DNA of 44,190 bases from Parcubacteria group bacterium (GCA_943357895.1 CALRGO010000004.1:1-44190), one strand, 5' to 3'; shown: positions 18,577 through 27,082, counted from the first letter of the stretch. Notes: generated from the letters alone by a model not told the origin. Numbers and translations: made by a program.

Positions 18577-19970
18577 AGTCCTCCGTTGCTAGTAAGGTTA
18601 CCGTTTACGATGATTTTCGTCACTTCGTTTTTATCGTTCATAAGCGCGAGGTCGGCCGCGTAATTTTCGAGGATCATGCCCCTCTTTGCAAGGCCGAGTG
18701 CGGCTGCGGGGAGTCCGGTGAGTTTCATGATTGCCGTTTCAAGCGGTAGGCGCGCATCGTCTGCTATTTTCCAAACTGATTGTGGTTCGCCCGAGACGAG
18801 TACACGGTCGTTTTTTATGAGCTCTGCGTGGAGTGGCGATGGATTACTTGGAATACATATTGTGGCGCGGAGTTTTGTGAGGTGCATGAGTTCTAAGATG
18901 GCCTCCTTTCCGTTTAATTCGCGGTTATGCGCAAACGTTTCGAGCGTGGTACCAATGAGCGCATGGTGTTCACGTGGCGCGTGCGTTATGTGCGCCCCTT
19001 CGAGGCGGGGTATGCCGGCAATTAGTTTTTTACGCATACTTTTATCGCGTATAAGGGCATTCATCGTTTCAAGTGATCCAACTTGAGCGAAGCGTGGAAG
19101 TAGTTCATACAGCGGTACAAGGCGTTCTGCGCCGCAGCGCAGTTCCATATATAAGCCGTCCCCCGCACTTGCAAGCGTTTCGTACGCAAGATGAAAATCT
19201 TTTTCTTCCGCCTTATTCATTATGCGTGGCACGAAGTCGGCAATAATCATACGCGCGCCAGTTGTGCGGTACAGTGCAAGTGCTTCGCTTGCTGCTTCCA
19301 TAAAATGATCTGTCTGTGCGCGCAGGCGAAGTGCAAGGGGTTTCTTTGCTTCTGCGCACGCCCGTGCTGCGCGGCGGGCCTCTTCGTGGGATATACGCCT
19401 GCCGTGCGCGGTGTCGAGGTTGAGCGCAATGCCTATAGCGCCTTCGCGCAGCGCAGTTTCGGCTATGTGTATGATGGCGTTGAGTTCTTTGTTGGTGGGG
19501 TCACCATCATCTTCGTGGACTACTGCGCGGCGTATACCGTTGTAGCCGACGAATGTTCCAAAGTTTACGCCAAGCGGTAATGTGCTAAGGGATTTTTGGA
19601 ATTCTTTTGTCGTGTGCCAATCGATATTTATGGCGTGCGGAATTGCCCATTTTCTCATGTGTTCAAGCGAGCCACCTATGAGTGGCGCAAGCGACGTGCC
19701 ATCTGTGCCGGCTATAAGTGTTGTAAAGCCTTCTTTTCGTGCGTCTGTTTGCCGTGGATTAGTGATAATACTTGTTGCTACGGCGGCTTCCATATGTATG
19801 TTCACAAAGCCGGGTGCAAGGCGCATGCCGAGCGCTTCGATTACGGTTTCTGTTTTCTTATGCGGAAAGTTACCAATAGCGGAAATGGATTTTCCCGAAA
19901 TAAGAACGTCGCCGTGCCGCTCCGGCGCGCCCGTCCCATCAATAATCTTCGCGTTCCTGATAAGAATCAT
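18561..19970 (-). CDS. Amidohydrolase-superfamily protein (D-aminoacylase-like) with a degenerate metal-binding motif
   Basis: The N-terminus MILIRNAKIIDGTGAP...DVLISGKSISAIG and the C-terminal ADLALM pattern are typical of the family. The usual GF.D.HSH motif reads GFVNIHME here. Confidence 0.7.
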   Translation of the reverse strand: MILIRNAKIIDGTGAPERHGDVLISGKSISAIGNFPHKKTETVIEALGMRLAPGFVNIHMEAAVATSIITNPRQTDARKEGFTTLIAGTDGTSLAPLIGGSLEHMRKWAIPHAINIDWHTTKEFQKSLSTLPLGVNFGTFVGYNGIRRAVVHEDDGDPTNKELNAIIHIAETALREGAIGIALNLDTAHGRRISHEEARRAARACAEAKKPLALRLRAQTDHFMEAASEALALYRTTGARMIIADFVPRIMNKAEEKDFHLAYETLASAGDGLYMELRCGAERLVPLYELLPRFAQVGSLETMNALIRDKSMRKKLIAGIPRLEGAHITHAPREHHALIGTTLETFAHNRELNGKEAILELMHLTKLRATICIPSNPSPLHAELIKNDRVLVSGEPQSVWKIADDARLPLETAIMKLTGLPAAALGLAKRGMILENYAADLALMNDKNEVTKIIVNGNLTSNGGLCANL

Positions 19971-20111
19971 CGTTCCTATAGTATCGCATGAAAAATATTC
20001 GCGCGCATTCGCGAAAAATACTTATCCACATCTTGACGCTTGACGCACACGTGCGAGAATAAATCTATATCAAGGTCGTACGTTGAGCCGAGAATTATAA
20101 GAAATAAAAAT

Positions 20112-20180
20112 ATGGCAGCAAAAAAGAAGGCAGCAAAGAAAACAACTGCAAAGAAGAAGACCGCAAAGAAGCGCAAATAA
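20112..20180 (+). CDS. Possible 22-aa Lys/Ala-rich basic peptide (MAAKKKAAKKTTAKKKTAKKRK)
   Basis: ATG 20112 to TAA 20178-20180, followed 16 nt later by a clean hairpin with a T-run. TTGACG repeats lie upstream at 20033-20045. No homology evidence. Confidence 0.35.
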   Translation: MAAKKKAAKKTTAKKKTAKKRK

Positions 20181-20196
20181 GCTTTGCAAAGAAAAA

Positions 20197-20222
20197 CTGC
20201 GGATAACCTCCGCAGTTTTTTT
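20197..20222 (+). terminator. Rho-independent terminator after the small basic ORF
   Basis: CTGCGGA (20197-20203), loop TAACC, then TCCGCAG (20209-20215), followed by TTTTTTT. Confidence 0.6.
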
Positions 20223-20251
20223 GTGCCCTGTGAAAATATTTTAACGTGCAA

Positions 20252-20282
20252 TAAAAAACCGCGGCGTACGCCGCGGTTTTTT
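20252..20282. terminator. Bidirectional terminator hairpin
   Basis: The perfect palindrome CCGCGGCGTACGCCGCGG (20259-20276) is flanked by an A-run on the left and a T-run on the right. It abuts the stop of the minus-strand ORF at 20285. Confidence 0.6.
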
Positions 20283-20284
20283 AG

Positions 20285-20491
20285 CTATATCGCATCGTAT
20301 ATACTTCGTCTTGGTCGTAATGTGTCACGCTCCGCCCTTAATCTTTCAACTTCATCTGCTAATACTTTAATTTGCGCATCGTAATCATTTTCCACATCTT
20401 CCCTTGTTTTTCCATTTATATCTTGAGTAATAATTCCATTAGGAGCTTGCCCTTGAAGTAGTTTTCTATGATTAGCCTCTCTATACCCCAT
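20285..20491 (-). CDS. Hypothetical protein (coiled-coil C-terminus), AT-rich; 5' boundary uncertain
   Basis: 68-aa ORF from the track. The frame stays open a further 51 codons upstream (to 20644) with no ATG/GTG/TTG start, so it may be truncated. Confidence 0.35.
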   Translation of the reverse strand: MGYREANHRKLLQGQAPNGIITQDINGKTREDVENDYDAQIKVLADEVERLRAERDTLRPRRSIYDAI

Positions 20492-20664
20492 AATAAGTCT
20501 TAATTCCCCTTCTTTTTCTGCAAGGGTTGGTAGTACGTATCCCTCCCCATATGCTTCTATGCCTTTATCAAAAAGTTCTGTGCCAATCGAAACTGCTTTT
20601 ATTGTTTTTCCTAATCGAAATAAATTTTTTATTAGTGAATAACTTATGCCTTATATATTCGTCG

Positions 20665-21690
20665 TTATAAGAACCGATTCAAAAAGAATATAACGAGGCC
20701 GCCGATAGATGCGACTGCCGAAATAATCCAGAAGCGCATGGTGATTTGAGATTCCGGCCAGCCTAATGCTTCGAAGTGGTGGTGAATGGGCGTAGAGTGG
20801 AATATTTTTTTGCCACGAAGCTTTTTACTGGTGAGTTGAACGATGACGGAAAGTGATTCGACGACGGGAATAATGGCTAGAAAGGGCAAAAGCAAGGCGG
20901 TGTTTGTAAGCATGGCGGTGACGCCGAGCGTGATGCCGAGTGCCATACTGCCCGTATCCCCCATGAAGAATCGCGCGGGAAAGATATTAAACCACAGGAA
21001 AGCGAGCAGTGCGCCGACGACGACCGCATTAAACGCCGCCAAGTGGTAACGGCCGAGCGTAAAGGCGATGACGGTTAAAGCCGCAAAAGCGAAGAGCATC
21101 ACGCCGCCTGCCAAGCCGTCGAGTCCATCTGTTTCGTTAACCGAAAAAGCAGAGGCGACAATAATAAACATAAAAAATGGCACGTACCAAAAACCCATAT
21201 GTATATTGTCTGAAAACGGCACGGCAAGCACGTCCCAGCCAAGGCGGTAGTAAAACCATAAGGCGCCGATTAAAGAGATTGTGCAGTAGACGAGCAACTT
21301 TTGGCTCATGGCTATGCCGCCACCCTTGGGGCCGCGCCGCAAGATGCCGAGGACGTCGTCTATAAGGCCCACGAGCGCTGCGACAAAAAAGCCCGCGAGC
21401 GGCAAATACGTTTGCGCACGGTCTATGAAGTTAAAAAACGGTAGGAAATAAAAAACGATGGCGAGGATGAGCGCCGTCCCCCAGATGATGATGCCGCCGC
21501 CAGTTGGCGTCCCCTCCTTTTTTTTATGGAGCTTGGCGAATACGGGCGCGTGTTCCGCCGAGCGGATCTGCTTTTTAAATTCGAGCCGCGTAATAAACGC
21601 GGTGACTAAGGGCGTAATGCCGAGCGCCACAATAAAGCCGATGACGGCGCTTATGAGTATCCTTATAGCTTGAAATGCTGCGTAGCCCAT
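20665..21690 (-). CDS. mraY: Phospho-N-acetylmuramoyl-pentapeptide transferase MraY
   Basis: 341 aa polytopic protein with motifs GLIDD, NETDGLDGLA, FMGDTGSMALG and HHHFE. Confidence 0.93.
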   Translation of the reverse strand: MGYAAFQAIRILISAVIGFIVALGITPLVTAFITRLEFKKQIRSAEHAPVFAKLHKKKEGTPTGGGIIIWGTALILAIVFYFLPFFNFIDRAQTYLPLAGFFVAALVGLIDDVLGILRRGPKGGGIAMSQKLLVYCTISLIGALWFYYRLGWDVLAVPFSDNIHMGFWYVPFFMFIIVASAFSVNETDGLDGLAGGVMLFAFAALTVIAFTLGRYHLAAFNAVVVGALLAFLWFNIFPARFFMGDTGSMALGITLGVTAMLTNTALLLPFLAIIPVVESLSVIVQLTSKKLRGKKIFHSTPIHHHFEALGWPESQITMRFWIISAVASIGGLVIFFLNRFL

Positions 21691-22493
21691 TTAAATAGGA
21701 TGTTCGTTTCTATGAATCGATCTTCGCGCGCCCGCGACCCAAGGGTAATTATTGTTATTAGGCCCGACGCGGTGGAAAATACCGTTACGAGGTTGCCATT
21801 TGCTTCGTCCGTAAACCCTGTCTTCCCTCCCACAAAATCCGGCCGACCGGCGAATTCATTGATGTTTATGCGCTCCATAGTCCCTATGCGGACTCGTGGG
21901 ATGCGGCTCCATGCAAATATTTCGGGGTGACGTATCAGTATATAGGTAACGAGCTTGTCGATATCGCGGACTGTCGATTGGTTAAGATAGGATAGCCCGC
22001 TTGGGTCGGAAAATCCAGTTTGGCGCATATTGAGCGTTTGCGCTTTTGCGTTCATAAGGCCGATATATTGCTCGGTACCAAGCGTTTCTGCTAAGGCATC
22101 CGCCGCGGAATTGTCCGATATTACCATCATATGCTGCAGTAAATTATCGCGCGTTTCACTTTGCGAGATGTTTTCAAGCGCTACTACCGCATTCATGAGT
22201 TTTGTAAGGCTCGCGAGTGGCCAGTGTTGACCGGCATTCAGTTCGTAAAAAATCCTATTGTCGAGAGATGTTTTAACGAGGGCGGAGTTTACGGTAAGTC
22301 CTTGCGGCGCCCCATCGTCCGCTTCTGCCGCATCCTGCGCGTCGTACGGCATGCCGGCTTTGAGCACCGCACCCATGCCGCCCGTTTTCGCCGAATCTCT
22401 AGTGCGCATAATCGGTGTATCCGGTTGCCGTATAAAATACGACCCTAAGGCGAAGAAAAATACGATAGTTCCCGCTTGCAGGTATCGTTTCAT
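21663..22493 (-). CDS. D-alanyl-D-alanine carboxypeptidase (S11, PBP5-like)
   Basis: It carries SxxK (ASLTK), SxN (SDNSAA) and KTG (GGKTGFT) motifs, plus an N-terminal signal/anchor. Confidence 0.85.
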   Translation of the reverse strand: MKRYLQAGTIVFFFALGSYFIRQPDTPIMRTRDSAKTGGMGAVLKAGMPYDAQDAAEADDGAPQGLTVNSALVKTSLDNRIFYELNAGQHWPLASLTKLMNAVVALENISQSETRDNLLQHMMVISDNSAADALAETLGTEQYIGLMNAKAQTLNMRQTGFSDPSGLSYLNQSTVRDIDKLVTYILIRHPEIFAWSRIPRVRIGTMERININEFAGRPDFVGGKTGFTDEANGNLVTVFSTASGLITIITLGSRAREDRFIETNILFKWATQHFKL

Positions 22494-22515
22494 GAATGAT
22501 AGGTTGATTGTATCT

Positions 22516-23616
22516 ATGGCCGCGCTTTACCGCAAATACCGTCCGCGCGCGTTTCGCGATCTCGTTGGCCAGTCCCAGATTGTTGAGATTTTCCGTAACG
22601 CGGGCCGGCAAGACAAGCTGGCTCACGCATACGTTTTTTACGGTTCGCGTGGTACGGGTAAAACTACCGTTGCCCGCTTAGTGGCAAAGCTCGCTAATTG
22701 TACGGCGCGCGATTTTGTCCACAGGGAAGGTGAGCCATGCAATGCGTGCGCGGCGTGCGCGGCAATCGATGAAGGTCGCGCGATGGATGTTATCGAAATC
22801 GATGCAGCGTCTAACCGCGGTATCGACGAAATCCGCGACTTGCGCGAATCTATTCGCGTCGCTCCGTCTTCTTTCATATATAAGGTGTTTATAATTGACG
22901 AGGCGCACATGTTAACTGGCCCTGCGTGGAACGCCCTTTTAAAGACGCTCGAGGAGCCGCCGCCGCGCACGATTATTATTTTAGCTACGACTGAATACGA
23001 AAAGATTCCGGCGACAATCGCTTCGCGTGCCCAACGTTTTCATTTCCGTAAAATCCCGATGCGTGAGCTCGTGACGAAGCTGAACGATATCGTCGCTCTT
23101 GAGAAATTTACAATAACGCCCGAGGCGGTGGAGCTGATAGCCGCCGCATCCGAAGGCGGCATGCGCGATGCACAGTCCCTACTTGATCAAGCGGCGTCGA
23201 CGGGCGCGTCGGTGGACTTAGCCGTGGTAGAGTCCTTAGTCGGCAAAGTCGGCTTTCGCCGTATCGCGCAGTTTGCGGATGCGGTCGCAAAGGGCGATGC
23301 CTCGGAAGCCCTGCGGGCGTTGCACGAAGTGCGTTCGGTGGGCGGCAACGTGCTCGACGTATGTAAGGAGCTTATCGCCTACCTGCGCCGCGTACTCGCG
23401 CTTCGTACGGACCCGAAGCTCGAAGAGCTTTTTAAAGACGAATTAACAAAAGAAGAATTAGCGGCAACCATAGCCCATAGCAAATCAATCGACCCGTTAC
23501 GCGCTATAGCGCTCCTTAAGGCCCTTATCTCGGGCTACGGCGAAATGCGCTACTCCCCATTCCCCCACATCCCCCTCGAAGTGGCTTTCATTGAGCATTT
23601 GGGCAAATCAAGATAA
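22516..23616 (+). CDS. dnaX: DNA polymerase III subunit gamma/tau (short form)
   Basis: The canonical N-terminus MAALYRKYRPRAFRDLVGQ starts at ATG 22516. It also has GSRGTGKTT, the Zn module C..C..C, and the DEAH-like IIDEAHML. The track start at 22258 runs antisense through the dac gene and is rejected. Confidence 0.9.
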   Translation: MAALYRKYRPRAFRDLVGQSQIVEIFRNAGRQDKLAHAYVFYGSRGTGKTTVARLVAKLANCTARDFVHREGEPCNACAACAAIDEGRAMDVIEIDAASNRGIDEIRDLRESIRVAPSSFIYKVFIIDEAHMLTGPAWNALLKTLEEPPPRTIIILATTEYEKIPATIASRAQRFHFRKIPMRELVTKLNDIVALEKFTITPEAVELIAAASEGGMRDAQSLLDQAASTGASVDLAVVESLVGKVGFRRIAQFADAVAKGDASEALRALHEVRSVGGNVLDVCKELIAYLRRVLALRTDPKLEELFKDELTKEELAATIAHSKSIDPLRAIALLKALISGYGEMRYSPFPHIPLEVAFIEHLGKSR

Positions 23617-23637
23617 GTCAGAAAATTAATAATAAGG

Positions 23638-23685
23638 AATATTCTGTACTTATAACAGCTATAGCTGTTATAAGTACAGAATATT
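23638..23685. repeat. Palindrome copy 1 (48-bp perfect palindrome containing the shared 34-bp core at 23645-23678)
   Basis: AATATTCTGTACTTATAACAGCTA|TAGCTGTTATAAGTACAGAATATT. It lies between convergent dnaX and the PaaX-like gene and overlaps the latter's stop codon. Confidence 0.95.
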
Positions 23686-24235
23686 ACAACCCAAACTTCG
23701 TTTTTAAATCAGATGCGTTATCAATATCCCTCGCGATGATCATGCGCACATACGGACGTATCTGGAAAAGATCGGCTATTAAATTAATCTCATCGGCACA
23801 TTCATAGGGATGTACGAACACGCTTTTTTGAAGCGTGCGTAGTCCGAGGATTTTGAGGCGTGCGGCAAGGGCATCTCTCCCCTTCTTTTTGTGTTCCGGT
23901 ATATCGAACATAACGATATGCCATAATCCATCCCATTTTTTTGGTATTTTGATTTTGATCGCGTCGAGGTTGTAAATTAGCGCCTTTATTTTACCCGATT
24001 TACTAAGTGTTATCGCAATCGTTCCGTCGGCATTATTTATACTACGTATATCTTTGGAGGTACGGAGTCGTTGAACGGCGCGCTCTAGGCTACGTTCGTT
24101 TATGTCTTTCCATTCTTCGATAGCAGCTTTGATTAATTTCCATGAATGCTTCGATTGCGGGTTAAATAATAATATCCCGCCCGTAACGAGTGTTAGTAAT
24201 ATCTTCTGTTCTATAGCGCCATATTTTTCTCTCAT
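23684..24235 (-). CDS. PaaX-family-like transcriptional regulator (wHTH N-domain plus Cas2-like core)
   Basis: Start taken at MREKYGAIEQKILL (ATG 24235); the ORF-track extension merely translates the palindrome. The segment WDGLWHIVMFDIPEHKKKGRDALAARLKILGLRTLQKSVFVHP matches the Cas2-like central domain pattern of PaaX-type repressors, from memory. Confidence 0.55.
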   Translation of the reverse strand: MREKYGAIEQKILLTLVTGGILLFNPQSKHSWKLIKAAIEEWKDINERSLERAVQRLRTSKDIRSINNADGTIAITLSKSGKIKALIYNLDAIKIKIPKKWDGLWHIVMFDIPEHKKKGRDALAARLKILGLRTLQKSVFVHPYECADEINLIADLFQIRPYVRMIIARDIDNASDLKTKFGL

Positions 24236-24243
24236 ATTTCTAT

Positions 24244-24285
24244 TATTTGTACTTATAACAGCTATAGCTGTTATAAGTACAAATA
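24244..24285. repeat. Palindrome copy 2 (42-bp perfect palindrome; 34-bp core at 24248-24281)
   Basis: The core is identical to copy 1. It lies between the divergent PaaX-like gene and tRNA-Gln(UUG), and overlaps the AATAAT hexamer (24242-24247, minus) that sits 6 nt upstream of the regulator ATG. Confidence 0.95.
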
Positions 24286-24333
24286 TAGCACGGTGGTAAA
24301 ATGGGTGAAAATATGGCAGGATAATCACGATAT

Positions 24334-24404
24334 TGCCGGGTCGTCTAATGGTCGGACAGCGGACTTTGAATCCGTCAATCTAGGTTCGATTCCTAGCCTG
24401 GCAA
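24334..24404 (+). tRNA. tRNA-Gln (anticodon UUG)
   Basis: Hand-folded cloverleaf: acceptor TGCCGGG/CCTGGCA, anticodon stem GCGGA/TCCGT with loop CTTTGAA, T-arm CTAGG-TTCGATT-CCTAG. 71 nt, no encoded CCA. Confidence 0.9.
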
Positions 24405-24415
24405 CAAATATAAAT

Positions 24416-24841
24416 ATGGAAAAAATAGCGCGGATCGGTATTGGGGTTTTTGTATTCAGAGACGGGAAATTTTTAATGGGCAAACGGATGGGGTCTCATG
24501 GTGAGGGTAGTTGGTCTGTGCCGGGTGGTCATTTGGAATTTGGCGAATCGTTTGCGGAAACTGCTCGTCGAGAGGTTTTAGAAGAAACCGGAATTACAAT
24601 AAAGAATATTAAATTCGGTGCGGTTACTAACGATTATTTTGAAAAAGAAGGTAGGCATTACGTAACTGTTTGGATGGTTACGGAGCACGATGAGGGCGAA
24701 GCGAAAATAATGGAGCCTGATAAGTTTATCGAGCAGGGCTGGTTTGATTTTACTACTCTACCATCGCCGTTATTTTTGCCATGGACGCAGTTATTACAGT
24801 CTGAATTCATAGAAAATATTAAAAGTTTTTCAAAAAAATAA
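24416..24841 (+). CDS. NUDIX hydrolase
   Basis: The Nudix box GGHLEFGESFAETARREVLEETGI is present. Start taken at ATG 24416, because the track ORF start at 24293 reads through the tRNA. Confidence 0.85.
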   Translation: MEKIARIGIGVFVFRDGKFLMGKRMGSHGEGSWSVPGGHLEFGESFAETARREVLEETGITIKNIKFGAVTNDYFEKEGRHYVTVWMVTEHDEGEAKIMEPDKFIEQGWFDFTTLPSPLFLPWTQLLQSEFIENIKSFSKK

Positions 24842-24845
24842 TAGG

Positions 24846-26699
24846 ATGACCGAAAAAAATTTGAAGACGGAGGGTGTTGATTGGGATCTCACGTGCATGT
24901 ATGCGGGGTTAGAGGATCCGCAGATAGATGTGGATGTGGCGGAGCTCGTGCGAATGGCGGAGAAGTTTAATGGGGCGTATAAGGGAAAGCTGGCTGAGAC
25001 GCTAGGAAAAGCGATTACGGATTACGCCGCGATAAGCATGCTTTCGAATAAGGTGATGGTGTATTTGTATCTTTCGCAGAGCAAGGACACAACGGACGGA
25101 AAGATTAAGGCAAAGATCGCCGACATTGAGCGAATTTTAAACCAGTCGAGTGCTGACCATATGACGTTTTTTACGATCGAGCTTGTCGCCTTGGACGATG
25201 CTGTTTTAGAAAAGTTGTATGTGGTGGACATGGTAGTCGCTACGCACCGGCCGTATATCGAACACACGCGCGTATTCAAGCCTCATTTACTTACGGAGCA
25301 AGTCGAAGCCGCACTTACGCGCCGCGCGTCGTTCGGTGAAGGGGCGTGGAGCGAATTATTCGATGAATTCGAAAGTGATCTACGATTTACGTATAAGGAA
25401 GAAGAAAAAACGCTTACGGAGCTTTTGCATATGATGAGCGACTTGCAGAGTGCCGACGACCGCGCGGAAATCATGCGGGTCATAAACGGCGGACTCGCTG
25501 GATTTTTTGCCAAATATGCCGCGCAGACTTTATATATGAAGGCGGGCGCCCATGCGGTTGAGGTAAAAGACCGTAAGTATATAAACCCGATGGATGGTAT
25601 GAATAAGTCGAACCGCGTTTCGAGCGCAATTGTGGATGCATTGCACGACGCCGTGCGTACGGTCGGGGGTCCCCTTGCTCGCCGATATTACAAGTTAAAG
25701 GCGGCACATTTGGGGATAAAAACGCTCAAGTGGAGCGACCGCAATGCGCCCTTGCCGTTTACGGATACGGCTGTAATCCCCTTCGACGAGGCGTGGGATA
25801 CGGTGCTGGCAGCTTACGAAAGTTTTAGTCCGAAGCTTGCGCAGATTATTCGTGATATGTTGGCGCAGGGCTGTATCGACGCGCACGTGACGCGCGGCAG
25901 GCGGGGCGGCGCTTTTAATTATTCGATAGTGTTGCCGCAGAATATCCCCGCATCGTTTACCTTCCTTAATTATTTAGGGTCGAATCGCGATGTAATGACG
26001 TTGGCCCATGAGCTGGGGCACGGCGTACACGGTATTTTAGGGGGCGAGGCGCAGGGTGCGTTGATGTTCCATGCACCTATCGCTTATTGCGAAACGGCGT
26101 CGGTCTTCGGCGAGATGACTACCTTTAATTTTTTAAAAAGCCGTTTGGAAAAGGAGGGTGACACTAAGCGTGCGGTGGCGCTTATTATGGGGAAGATCGA
26201 CGATGTCTTGAATACCGTCGTGCGGCAAATCAGTTTTTCTAACTTCGAGCGCCGGTTCCACGGCATGGATGCGCAGTATAAAGCATGGGGCGAGCCGAAG
26301 AAACTTTCGGTGGATGAATTAGACGCGCTGTGGACTACAACCACGAAAGAATTATATGGCGAAGAGGGTGATACCTTTACGTACGAGAATATGGAGCACT
26401 TATGGTCGTATATTCCTCACTTCCATTCGTATAGTCCGTTTTATGTATATGGGTATGCGTTTGGCGAATTACTTACGCATAGCTTGTATGCGCAGAAGGA
26501 GCGTTTGGGTGAAAAGTTCGAACCGCTCTATCTCGATATGCTCCGTGCGGGCGGCACGAAGAATGTCACTGAGCTCCTCGCGCCTTTCGGGCTTGATCCC
26601 GCAAACCTGCAGTTCTGGGCGGACGGCATACGGATAAGTATGGGTACAATGATAGACGAAGCGGAAAAGCTTTCGCGGGAGATGGGTGTGCTAGTGTAA
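24846..26699 (+). CDS. pepF: M3 family oligoendopeptidase F
   Basis: 617 aa with zinc motif HELGHGVH and overall M3B layout. Confidence 0.88.
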   Translation: MTEKNLKTEGVDWDLTCMYAGLEDPQIDVDVAELVRMAEKFNGAYKGKLAETLGKAITDYAAISMLSNKVMVYLYLSQSKDTTDGKIKAKIADIERILNQSSADHMTFFTIELVALDDAVLEKLYVVDMVVATHRPYIEHTRVFKPHLLTEQVEAALTRRASFGEGAWSELFDEFESDLRFTYKEEEKTLTELLHMMSDLQSADDRAEIMRVINGGLAGFFAKYAAQTLYMKAGAHAVEVKDRKYINPMDGMNKSNRVSSAIVDALHDAVRTVGGPLARRYYKLKAAHLGIKTLKWSDRNAPLPFTDTAVIPFDEAWDTVLAAYESFSPKLAQIIRDMLAQGCIDAHVTRGRRGGAFNYSIVLPQNIPASFTFLNYLGSNRDVMTLAHELGHGVHGILGGEAQGALMFHAPIAYCETASVFGEMTTFNFLKSRLEKEGDTKRAVALIMGKIDDVLNTVVRQISFSNFERRFHGMDAQYKAWGEPKKLSVDELDALWTTTTKELYGEEGDTFTYENMEHLWSYIPHFHSYSPFYVYGYAFGELLTHSLYAQKERLGEKFEPLYLDMLRAGGTKNVTELLAPFGLDPANLQFWADGIRISMGTMIDEAEKLSREMGVLV

Positions 26700-26705
26700 T
26701 ATAAT

Positions 26706-26744
26706 AAAAAATCCCCTAGGGCGTGCGCCTTAGGGGATTTTTTA
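26706..26744. terminator. Bidirectional terminator hairpin (pepF on + and rnpB on -)
   Basis: AAAAATCCCCTAGGGC...GCCTTAGGGGATTTTT forms a long stem flanked by A- and T-runs. Confidence 0.7.
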
Positions 26745-26749
26745 TGTGG

Positions 26750-27075
26750 CACGAAGGTATGCGATAAGCCGAATTCTGTTACGTCTTGCGACGCATAACG
26801 ACCATTTGTCTAAGCGGCACTCCGTATGCTTGCGCATACGGCACGGCCTTGCACCCGAGTAAGGATTTAGCCGTTTCATCTTAGCCTTCAACTGCTAAGC
26901 ACATCCGCATTGCTGCGGATGCCGCAGCTCTTTCGGGCTGTGGCGTTTCTGTTCGCACCTCTCCGTTACCGGTGACGGCTTTTCAACCGCTACTTGTTTA
27001 TACGTGCCTTACGGCGCATATGAGTGTCCGGACTTTCCTCCCCTTACGGAGCGGTCGTCTGGCATACCTCCGTAC
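26750..27075 (-). ncRNA. rnpB: RNase P RNA (bacterial type A-like)
   Basis: The minus strand contains GGAGGAAAGUCCGGAC (P4 5' strand/CR-I) and ACAGAAUUCGGCUUAUC (P4 3' strand/CR-V). A P1 helix pairs CGGAGGUAUGC (27072-27062) with GCAUACCUUCG (26762-26752). GUGCGAACAGAAACGCC and CUUAGACAAAUGGUCG are also present. There is no credible ORF, and ends are approximate. Confidence 0.9.
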
Positions 27076-27082
27076 CGAATCT

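Noticed and set aside
19976-20251. 91-aa minus-strand ORF (…FFAVFFFAVVFFAAFFFAAIFLFL…)
   Set aside because: It is the antisense translation of the AAG/GCA-rich low-complexity stretch. It spans a terminator hairpin and has no start context. The plus-strand mini-ORF with its terminator is the more coherent reading.
22258-22515. Upstream extension of dnaX from the ORF track
   Set aside because: It runs antisense through the 5' part of the dac gene. The canonical DnaX N-terminus (MAALYRKYRP) begins at 22516.
24293-24415. N-terminal extension of the NUDIX ORF, and likewise ORF 37968-38189
   Set aside because: Both read straight through the tRNA-Gln genes (AGSSNGRTADFESV... and AGSSSGRIADSESV...). 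The true NUDIX start is ATG 24416, and 37968-38189 is not coding.
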